From: a virus
Lineage: Duplodnaviria > Caudoviricetes
Strand: one strand, 5' to 3'
Length of the DNA: 25,260 nucleotides
IMG/VR virus record: IMGVR_UViG_3300037524_000322
Span: 1 to 25,260 of that record
Part shown: in pieces, positions 16,641-24,052 of the stretch
Layout of the letters: every line of letters starts with the position of its first letter
Position numbering within the stretch: the stretch's first letter is position 1
The notes under the pieces: generated by a model
Told to the model about the DNA's origin: nothing
Seen by the model: only the letters and a program-made list of their open reading frames with translations
Database searches by the model: none
Made by a program: the position numbers and the translations under genes

Positions 16641-17030
16641 CTAGACCTTGGGCAGGACGTAGGCGACGAAGGTGGCGCCGATGGTGGACACGGTCGGCGT
16701 GAACGTGACCTGCAACTTGCCGTCGGCCTGCGCGAAGCGAGCACTCTCGAATGGTCCGAAGATGCGCCGGGCACTCTGCGCCATGTTCGCCGAGATGACG
16801 TCTCCGAGCGACTTGCGGAAGGCGGGCGGGTCCTCGCCGGTCTCGATGGTCACGGTCAGGTTGTTGGCCGACGTGTTCGTGACCTCGAGGATGATGCGGT
16901 CGAACTCGCTCGTGACGGACGACTCCAACGTCACGGCGCCTGTGCCGGTGTCGAGCACCTGGGCGGTCGGGGCGACGATGGAACCGTTCGCGGTCAGGGC
17001 ATTGAGGGTGATGGCCGTTGCGTTCGCCAC
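16641..17030 (-). CDS. Hypothetical virion protein, possible capsid decoration (GPFESARFAQADG)
   Basis: AAAGGAG RBS, GTG start; two genes downstream of the MCP. Confidence 0.8.
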   Translation of the reverse strand: MANATAITLNALTANGSIVAPTAQVLDTGTGAVTLESSVTSEFDRIILEVTNTSANNLTVTIETGEDPPAFRKSLGDVISANMAQSARRIFGPFESARFAQADGKLQVTFTPTVSTIGATFVAYVLPKV

Positions 17031-17036
17031 GGTGGG

Positions 17037-17270
17037 CTACTCCTTTCGGATGACGGGAAGCTGGAGCGCGTCAGCGAGGCGCACCTCATCAGGGGTCTGC
17101 GGTCGGACGACACCCTCGGCGTCGGCTGTGAGGACGATGTCAGGGAAGCCTGGATGGCCGAGCACGGCATCAGGGACGGCCAAGCGAGGGACTGCCGCAT
17201 GGAACGGCAGTTCCTCGACCGGCTCCGGGGTCGCTGCTGGGGCGACCCCGGATGGCTTGCTGGTCGCCAC
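17037..17270 (-). CDS. Small hypothetical protein after MCP (77 aa)
   Basis: Fills the gap 3 nt after the MCP stop; its end carries the next RBS. Confidence 0.7.
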   Translation of the reverse strand: MATSKPSGVAPAATPEPVEELPFHAAVPRLAVPDAVLGHPGFPDIVLTADAEGVVRPQTPDEVRLADALQLPVIRKE

Positions 17271-17273
17271 CGC

Positions 17274-18122
17274 TTAGGCGATGTTGACGTAGAGCGTGCT
17301 GAGAGCGGCGGGCCGGATGACCTTGGCACCGTAGAGATGCAGGCCCTTGACGGCGTCCGCGAACCGCTTCTCTGGGCGGTAGGCTTCCACGCTCTTGATC
17401 TGCTCGGCGAAGCTGATGGCCTGGCTCGTGCCGGCCATGATCCGCCAGGTCGTGGCGTCGGTGGAGACGTTGTTCGACTTGATGACGCGGAACCCGGCCG
17501 CCTCGCCGACCTGGCCGTTGGCCAGCGTCGCAGCGCCGCTGTCGGTGCCGTTGGCCACGAAACGGGCGTCCTGCAGAAGCTTGCCGTGGTACCAGGGCGG
17601 GACGATGACCCAGCGCCCAGCGGAGGGCACGTTCATCTTGTCCAACTCGATGGCGAGTTCGACGAGGTGGATGTAGGCGTTGGTGGCCGTGGCCATGTCG
17701 GTCTTGGGCGAACCGGACGACGCGACGGCGGACCCGGAACTGGCGTAGAAGCCGGCGATGAGCTGGTCCGCGGTGTCGGACAGACCGTAGGCGGCCTCGC
17801 GCATGGCGGCGTCGATGAGGTCCACGCGGATCTGCCGGCGGTCCACATCATCGACCTGGAAGTTGAAACTCTGGGACTGGTCGATGGCCAGGGTCGTCTC
17901 GGCGTCCGTCAGCGTCTCTGGAGAGCTGAGGTCCACGTTCTTGACGTAGGGCGTGATGGTGACCGCGCCGATGGCCTGGATGCGGACGGTGTCACCGACC
18001 TGGGCGATGTCGCCCTCGTAGTCGCGGTTGACGACGCCGGGCTGTCCGAAGACCTGGGACTTCTGCAGGTTGTACAGGAGGCGGGCGGACCAGACCTCCG
18101 GGATGAACGTGGAGACGGCCAT
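17274..18122 (-). CDS. Major capsid protein (HK97 fold, P22-coat-like family)
   Basis: FIPEVWSARLL, VNRDYEGDI..GDTVRI, FADAVKGLHLYGAKVIRP; GGAGG RBS. Confidence 0.95.
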   Translation of the reverse strand: MAVSTFIPEVWSARLLYNLQKSQVFGQPGVVNRDYEGDIAQVGDTVRIQAIGAVTITPYVKNVDLSSPETLTDAETTLAIDQSQSFNFQVDDVDRRQIRVDLIDAAMREAAYGLSDTADQLIAGFYASSGSAVASSGSPKTDMATATNAYIHLVELAIELDKMNVPSAGRWVIVPPWYHGKLLQDARFVANGTDSGAATLANGQVGEAAGFRVIKSNNVSTDATTWRIMAGTSQAISFAEQIKSVEAYRPEKRFADAVKGLHLYGAKVIRPAALSTLYVNIA

Positions 18123-18183
18123 AGTGGGGACCTCCAGGAGAGTGCGGTCTTGGTGGACCGATCCCGCTGTCCGCTTCCGCGAA

Positions 18184-18230
18184 CCCTCCTGGGGCTCGAG
18201 CGGAGCGCCTAGCGGCGCCCTCCTGGGGCT
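18184..18230. repeat. 13-bp direct repeat CCCTCCTGGGGCT (18184-18196, 18218-18230) in the MCP leader
   Basis: Read directly; on the minus strand each copy folds as CCC-CAGGA-GGG. Confidence 0.85.
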
Positions 18231-18288
18231 GCGTTCGCGCCGGCGCCTGGCCGACGATACGCCCGGTGTGGAGTATCTGCTGGGACTG

Positions 18289-18318
18289 ACGCTACACCCG
18301 CGCCAGCCCCAGCGTCAA
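18289..18318 (-). promoter_or_regulatory. Sigma70-type promoter upstream of MCP: TTGACG-N18-TAGCGT
   Basis: -35 at 18313-18318 and -10 (TANNNT) at 18289-18294, right after the scaffold stop. Confidence 0.6.
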
Positions 18319-18321
18319 GTG

Positions 18322-18909
18322 CTACCGGCCCGCGCTGCCGAGGGTCTGGGACACCTCGTCCCAGCGAGCATTGATCTCTTCGGGCTTCATCTTGCGGATT
18401 TCGTCCACGGTCAACGTGGCAGTGCGTCCACGGTCACCCTGGCCGGCATCGGGGGTACGGGGCATGGCCTTGAGGTAGTCACGCTCCTTGAGGATGGCCG
18501 CGAGTTGCTTGTCGATGCCGACGGGACGCCCCGCGTCATCGAACTCCAGGGTGTCCATGTCGAGGAATCGCAACCCGTCCTCGGGGTTGCGAAAGCCGAG
18601 CCGGGACGCGGCGTCGATGGCAGCAGCCCGGACCTCGGCCTGGCGAACGGCGTTCTCACGTGCCGCGAGGCTTTGCTCGAGTTCGGCGATGCGAGCGGCG
18701 GCCTTCTCTGCGTCGCTCTTGTCAGCGTCCTCGAGCTTCTTGAGCGACTCCTCGAACTGGCGAGCGTCGCGACGGTACTTGGCGGCCTGCTGTCTGGCCT
18801 CCTCGAGCTGCTTCGCGAGCGCCGTCGGGTCCGGCGTGGGCGCCTCTCCCGCGGGCGTGGCCTCCGGCTCGGTGGCGGGCTGGGGCGTGTCGTCATTCGG
18901 CAGGGGCAT
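18322..18909 (-). CDS. Capsid scaffolding protein
   Basis: Pro/Thr/acidic N-terminus, coiled coil EARQQAAKYR...KSDAEKAAARIAELE; between portal and MCP; AAGGAG RBS. Confidence 0.9.
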   Translation of the reverse strand: MPLPNDDTPQPATEPEATPAGEAPTPDPTALAKQLEEARQQAAKYRRDARQFEESLKKLEDADKSDAEKAAARIAELEQSLAARENAVRQAEVRAAAIDAASRLGFRNPEDGLRFLDMDTLEFDDAGRPVGIDKQLAAILKERDYLKAMPRTPDAGQGDRGRTATLTVDEIRKMKPEEINARWDEVSQTLGSAGR

Positions 18910-20347
18910 CGGTCATGTCTCCTTGTGGCTCAGGGGCGGGCGGCGGCGTCTGCGCCTTCCACCGCCGGATCTGCTGGGGCGTGGCACCCATCTGGCGCCA
19001 CAGGTACTCCTGGGGGACGCCCATGGCCTGCGCCTTCATGAGCGCGTCCATGTGCTCGGATTCGGTGTGCAGCTCGGGGTCCGCCCACTCCGTCTCCAGG
19101 TCCATGCGGCGCGATCGGACCTGGTCGCCGCGGGCGAGGAAGGCGAGACGGATGACCGTCTCCCAGCCATTGCCGAGGGTGACCTGCTTGCGCTCGACCT
19201 TGGTGGTCAGAGGGTGGTCAGACAGCCGCACGGACTCACCGGATGGCGGCACCGACGTGGGCGGCGGGACCAGCAGGCGGTGCGGCGTGAAGCTGATGGT
19301 GGCGATGTCGGAGCGGTGTGTCTCGAGGACGCGGATGAAGGGGACCAGGTCGGACACATCGAACGAGCCGAACCTGGCGTCCGGGCTCTCTGTCGTGACG
19401 GCGGTGTCAGGACCAGACGACGAGGCGGCTGGTGGCGAGGCGATGGCGTTGCCGTCGGCATCGACCTCGGTGCCCTCTTCACCCATGTCGACACCCGTGG
19501 CCCATCGCTGGCGATAGGCGCTGTAGTGCGCTGCGGTGGACATGTCGTACAGGGTCTTGGCGTAGAGGTCGAGTTGGTCGGTGACACCCTCATGTTCAGC
19601 CCTGGCGGACGGTGCGTTCTGGAGCTCCACGACGGGGACGACGCCGAGCGGGTTGTCGCCGCCCTCGCCCTCGACGATGCGCCAGGCGGCCTTGGAGCCG
19701 AACTCGACGCGCTGCTCCGTGCGCCACCACTCGATGCGATCGGGCAGGTACAGGATGGCCGTGCGGCGCCCGTCGTCCTCCAGCCAGACCTTGAGAGCCG
19801 CGACCCGCGTGCGGGTGTCGGCGGGGTCGTGCTCGACGATGACCGCGAGCGGGTCCTCCTTCGTGATGAGCGGGATGCCCGGGGCGACGGTCCGCCACGG
19901 GCTCACGATGATGGGGCAGATGCCCGTTGAGAGGGCCTCCAGATGGGCCTCCGAAGAGCGCGCCTCGAGCTGGTTCTGCAACCAGATGTCCCATGCCATC
20001 TCAGACCCGGCATCGTCGTCCCAGAAGGTCAGCCCGATGACCCGCAGACGCTGCTCCGGGGCCTCTACGACCGGCTTGGCCAGGTTGGCCTTGAGGTTGC
20101 GGAACGCCTCGCCGAACGTGTCACGGTGAGCACGCGAGGCGAACTGCCACGTCTCGTTCTCTCCGCGGTAGTAGGCGCGCATCTTCGACAAGTACACGTT
20201 CCGCGTGTTCATCTTCGTGAGCAGGCGATCGAGCCACCATTCTGAGGCGCCCACAGGGGAGTCCGAAAGCGGCTGGCCGGAGACAGCCAGTTCGCGCGAC
20301 TCCTTCGGCTGGCCGGTGGCGAAGAACGTCGTGACGAGAGGGTTCAC
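18893..20347 (-). CDS. Portal protein (SPP1 gp6-like)
   Basis: YYRGE, NLAKPVVEA..QRL, WDIWLQNQL, NPLGVVPVVEL, YSAYRQRWATG, PSGESVR motifs. Confidence 0.95.
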   Translation of the reverse strand: MNPLVTTFFATGQPKESRELAVSGQPLSDSPVGASEWWLDRLLTKMNTRNVYLSKMRAYYRGENETWQFASRAHRDTFGEAFRNLKANLAKPVVEAPEQRLRVIGLTFWDDDAGSEMAWDIWLQNQLEARSSEAHLEALSTGICPIIVSPWRTVAPGIPLITKEDPLAVIVEHDPADTRTRVAALKVWLEDDGRRTAILYLPDRIEWWRTEQRVEFGSKAAWRIVEGEGGDNPLGVVPVVELQNAPSARAEHEGVTDQLDLYAKTLYDMSTAAHYSAYRQRWATGVDMGEEGTEVDADGNAIASPPAASSSGPDTAVTTESPDARFGSFDVSDLVPFIRVLETHRSDIATISFTPHRLLVPPPTSVPPSGESVRLSDHPLTTKVERKQVTLGNGWETVIRLAFLARGDQVRSRRMDLETEWADPELHTESEHMDALMKAQAMGVPQEYLWRQMGATPQQIRRWKAQTPPPAPEPQGDMTDAPAE

Positions 20348-21945
20348 CGGAGGCCCGTAACCTTTCGTGATGGGGGTGATGGCGCGGTCATGGCACGACT
20401 CACGGCGTGCATGGATGCGAGAGCGGCCTCGATACGGGCGCCGCCGGCCTGCGGCATGTCGCCGGACTGCGTCGGCTTGACCACGACGGCCAGGACGTGC
20501 TCGGCCAGGGCCGGGTCGCCGTCATGGGAGAACTTTCCCTCGCGCACCAGGCCGCGCATCTGCGCCGCGGCAGGCGCCAGGCGGGCGCCGCTGTCGGGCA
20601 CCTCGAGCATGACGACACCCTGCGACTCCAGCAGCTGCCGGGAACGCTGGAAGAACGCGCCGTTATAGCTGAACTCCGGGCCGGGACGCGGCCTCCGGTG
20701 CGGCTTGCCGCCCGGTGAGAAGACGACTTCCGCCACGACGCGGGCCGGAAAACGCCGTGTGAGGTCCAGCACATGCGCCTCGACGTCGCCCAGGTCGACC
20801 ACGTCATCGGGCGACTCGAACGTGGTGCAGCGCAGGACCACGCGCTCTCCCTGCTTCTGCGCGATGGCCACGGCCGCCGAGCCGTGGTCACGGCCGACGC
20901 GGATGGAGGCGTAGGCGGGCTCGGCCGGCCGAAGCTGCGCATCATCCACGCAGGCGTCCCACTCGTCGGGGTCCATCCAGGTGTCGCCGCTGGTCTCATG
21001 GATGGGGACGTTGAAGAAGAAGCGCAGCGAGTCGCGCCACGGCTGGGCGGGGTCGGCGATGTCCGCCATCAGGCGGTCCGGCTCGACCCACCAGGCATCG
21101 CCATAGACCTCCTCCAACGCTGCCCGCAGGCGCTCAGGAGGCCAGTCCTGCTGTGGCGTCTCCGATGGACGACGCGCCAGGTGAAGCACGTCGGGAGCCG
21201 GATCGGCGAACAGCTCGGAGACAGAGCCCTGGCCGATGACCGGAGCGTTGCCCGTGAACAGGCCCCAGCCGTTCATCTTGGCCGTGTTGCGCAGGATCGT
21301 GCGGGCCAGGCGGACACCGCCATTCGACTCCGTCCACAGCTGGGGCTCGTCCAGGACCGCGAACGTGAGCGGCTGCCCCTCGCGTGACCCGGCGCTGGCG
21401 GTGACGCGCTCGAAGAAGGCCATCGGCATGTCGCGCCGGTACAGGCGGGTGCGTCCCACGTCGATGCGAAGCTCGTCGGCGACCTTCCCGCCGTTCGACG
21501 CCAGCAATCCGTAGACCGCGTTGCTCGTGTTGGCCGTCTGGTCCTCGGAGACGGCCGCGACCTGGACCCACGGCGCCGGGCGGCCGCCGGTGCCCCATGG
21601 CCTGCCCCGTGGTTCGCCATCGGCGCCCCAGCCATCGAAGCAGACCGGGCCAGCGAACTCGGCGAGCGCCACGAATGCAGCCAGCGGGGACTTCCCGTAG
21701 CCCTTGGCGTCCTCCACGTGGACCCTGCGATAGCATCGGCGGCCGTGCTCGTCCAGCCGGTAGAAGCGCAGGACCCGCTGCCGCTGGTCATCGGTGAGAC
21801 GCAGCGGCTCGGCGTCGTTCCGCGGGTTGCGGAAGATGGACTCGCCCCAGTCGATGATGTCTGCGCCGAGCGACGGGACATGCCCGGGCTCCTTGGGGCG
21901 CCACGACGTGGGGGAGCGACGCGGAGGCGCCACGGCGACAGTCAC
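20344..21945 (-). CDS. terL: Terminase large subunit
   Basis: Walker A KGYGKS, Walker B FAVLDE, AAVSEDQT, C-terminal HDGDPALAEHV. Nuclease motifs look degenerate (see findings). Confidence 0.95.
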   Translation of the reverse strand: MTVAVAPPRRSPTSWRPKEPGHVPSLGADIIDWGESIFRNPRNDAEPLRLTDDQRQRVLRFYRLDEHGRRCYRRVHVEDAKGYGKSPLAAFVALAEFAGPVCFDGWGADGEPRGRPWGTGGRPAPWVQVAAVSEDQTANTSNAVYGLLASNGGKVADELRIDVGRTRLYRRDMPMAFFERVTASAGSREGQPLTFAVLDEPQLWTESNGGVRLARTILRNTAKMNGWGLFTGNAPVIGQGSVSELFADPAPDVLHLARRPSETPQQDWPPERLRAALEEVYGDAWWVEPDRLMADIADPAQPWRDSLRFFFNVPIHETSGDTWMDPDEWDACVDDAQLRPAEPAYASIRVGRDHGSAAVAIAQKQGERVVLRCTTFESPDDVVDLGDVEAHVLDLTRRFPARVVAEVVFSPGGKPHRRPRPGPEFSYNGAFFQRSRQLLESQGVVMLEVPDSGARLAPAAAQMRGLVREGKFSHDGDPALAEHVLAVVVKPTQSGDMPQAGGARIEAALASMHAVSRAMTAPSPPSRKVTGLR

Positions 21946-22361
21946 GTACCGGCCTCCACGAGTCGCAGGGGCTCACGCCGCTCATCGGGCAGCACCGAGT
22001 CGACCACCAGACCGTCTGGACGTGTCCAGCGGCGATCCTGCTGCCCCTTCGGCGTCACGCCCATCGTGTCCATCCACAGTCGAAGCTCGCTGGCTCGTTG
22101 CATCTCGCCGCGCTCGACCTCGTCGTAGAGACGAACCAACTGGCGCAGGGCCGGGAGGTCGTCAGGCGTCCAGTGAGCGGCGAACCACGAGTGCATCCAG
22201 GTGTCCCAGGCCGTTCGTGACGCAGCCAACAGGCCGTCGGGAGGAGCGGGGAATGGCTCGTGCTGCCAGCCGACGCCAGGTGCGGGCTTCCACTCGCCCC
22301 TGATGGGCACGTCGGCCTTGTTGCGACGGGTGGTCTTGGGGGCGGGTCCGCGGCCGGCCAT
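21942..22361 (-). CDS. terS: Terminase small subunit
   Basis: MAGRGPAPK start, W..W..S...W, ELRL....GVTP..Q.D.RW pattern; GTGA-coupled to TerL. Confidence 0.88.
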   Translation of the reverse strand: MAGRGPAPKTTRRNKADVPIRGEWKPAPGVGWQHEPFPAPPDGLLAASRTAWDTWMHSWFAAHWTPDDLPALRQLVRLYDEVERGEMQRASELRLWMDTMGVTPKGQQDRRWTRPDGLVVDSVLPDERREPLRLVEAGT

Positions 22362-22362
22362 G

Positions 22363-23283
22363 TCAGGAACCCCAGTCTCCGACAGGGGACGACGTGCCAC
22401 GCTGCGGGGTCAACAGAACGTCGCCGTTTAGGGGTTCCCCCACCCCGCGTGCGCGCTCACGTCTCAGCCGAGCAATCTCCCAGCCATCGACCAGTTCGCC
22501 CTTGTCTACGTTGCACTGTCGATGGGCTGGCTGGAGGTTGCCGATGGCGTCACTACCACCGGCAGCAAGAGGAACGACATGGTCGATGGTCAGCGCCAGC
22601 GGGTGATTGACTGGCAAGCCCGGGTTGATGGCCAAGAGACAGATGCCGCAACGGAAGCCATCTCTCTCCAGCACAGCCGGGCGCAAGAGGCGCACGCGCC
22701 GTTGATGCACCTTCCTGCGAACGTCACCGCGCCCGTGCCAAGCTCGGTAGCACCGAGGCGTGCAGAACCTGGCGTGTGGCAGCCCAGGTGTGAAGTGGAT
22801 GCCACATCGGGGGCAGACCCGAGGACCATGCCCAACGATATTGCGCAGCCGCTCTGCCACCCAAGGGGCGTGGACGATAGCCGCGCAGCTCTTCGAGCAA
22901 AACCGCGCCAGCCGATGACTCTTGACGTAGGCGACACCGCATCGCTCGCACGCCCCTCTCCTGTCCCATGCGCTGGCCTCGCGTGCAGCTACCCTGTCGG
23001 CACGCTCGAGTTCGCGTTGCCTGTCGCGTGCCTCCTTCTCCTCTGGCGTCAGGTACTTCCCAACGCTGCCCGATGCGCTCCGGCACTTGATCGAGCAGAA
23101 CCGCTGGATACCATCGCGTGATGACCTTGCTGCCCTGAACTCAGCTCCACACCATGCACAGGACACGATGGGCCGCGGTATACAGGCCCGCGAACAGTAA
23201 CGCTGCGTCCTGTCTCGACGCACGACGGCACGAAACTCCTTGCCACACGTCCCGCACTGGCGCACCGGACGCCGGTGCCTCAT
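22363..23283 (-). CDS. HNH endonuclease with four N-terminal CxxC...(F/Y)C(S/T)xxC Zn-binding repeats (306 aa)
   Basis: VLERDGFRCGIC...TIDHVVPLAAGGSDAIGNLQPAHRQCNVDKG; ATG at 23283 after GAGGGTGGGG. Confidence 0.88.
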   Translation of the reverse strand: MRHRRPVRQCGTCGKEFRAVVRRDRTQRYCSRACIPRPIVSCAWCGAEFRAARSSRDGIQRFCSIKCRSASGSVGKYLTPEEKEARDRQRELERADRVAAREASAWDRRGACERCGVAYVKSHRLARFCSKSCAAIVHAPWVAERLRNIVGHGPRVCPRCGIHFTPGLPHARFCTPRCYRAWHGRGDVRRKVHQRRVRLLRPAVLERDGFRCGICLLAINPGLPVNHPLALTIDHVVPLAAGGSDAIGNLQPAHRQCNVDKGELVDGWEIARLRRERARGVGEPLNGDVLLTPQRGTSSPVGDWGS

Positions 23284-23293
23284 GTCCCCACCC

Positions 23294-23668
23294 TCACGCT
23301 CGCTTCCCGCGGTCGTGCAGCGACTGACGCGCGTTGCAGCCCGGACAGAGGCAGAAGAGGTTGGCCGGGTCGAACGCCGCTCCACCATCGGCGAACGGGA
23401 CGACGTGCCCGACATGCAGCACCCGGGAGGGGTGCGCAGGGCGTCGCCAACCAGCGCACGTCCATCCATGTCGCGCCACCCACTGCTCGCGGAACCGCCT
23501 GCGCACCCTGACCCACCGAGCGTCGCGGTAGACCGGGGAGCCTGGCGTCTGCCGGAATCGTGCACCGAACGCCTCGCCGTGTATGGGGCAGTAGCCCGTC
23601 GCCGACGTGGTGGGCATGGCGCAGCGCGTACCGTCCTTGTCTCGGCCGCGGCAGATGCGAGTGCGCAT
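23294..23668 (-). CDS. HNH endonuclease (terminase-associated type)
   Basis: YCPIH, YRDARWVRVRR, HVVPFADGGAAFDPANLFCLCPGCN; size and position like HK97 gp74. Confidence 0.88.
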   Translation of the reverse strand: MRTRICRGRDKDGTRCAMPTTSATGYCPIHGEAFGARFRQTPGSPVYRDARWVRVRRRFREQWVARHGWTCAGWRRPAHPSRVLHVGHVVPFADGGAAFDPANLFCLCPGCNARQSLHDRGKRA

Positions 23669-23671
23669 GGC

Positions 23672-24052
23672 TCACACGGGCACCGTGGTCACGGCGCTCG
23701 GCGTGACGAGCAGGATGCCAGGGCCGCGCTGGAAGCCATCGGGGTAGCGCGTCGTCACGCCACCACTGACGATCTGCAAGGTCCACACGTAGCGCTTGGC
23801 CGGGTCGAGCGCGTTGGTCGTGGCCGCTGGGACGTTGAGGTGGATGGCGCCGTTCACGGCGTCGTCCACGACGATGGACCCGCTCGCGCTCGTAGCGGTG
23901 ATCTTGGCCGCGGCATCGAGGTCATCGATGCGCTCCTTGGCCATCCATGTGAGGACGGCACCCGTGAGGTTGGTCGGTGTGCCATCGCGCCCGGTGATGG
24001 ACAGTGGCTCGCGCAGGGTCGCGCCCTTGACGGCTTGGATGATGACGGCCAT
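23672..24052 (-). CDS. BppU N-terminal-like / fibre-adaptor protein (126 aa, MAVIIQAVKGAT...)
   Basis: DGTPTNLTGA...NGAIHLNVPAATT...RYVWTLQI...GILLV pattern; TGATG coupling at 24050-24054. Confidence 0.72.
   Translation of the reverse strand: MAVIIQAVKGATLREPLSITGRDGTPTNLTGAVLTWMAKERIDDLDAAAKITATSASGSIVVDDAVNGAIHLNVPAATTNALDPAKRYVWTLQIVSGGVTTRYPDGFQRGPGILLVTPSAVTTVPV

Noticed and set aside
18123-18321. tRNA, CRISPR array or small CDS in the scaffold-MCP gap
   Set aside because: No cloverleaf or T-loop, only two 13-bp repeats, and no credible coupled ORF.
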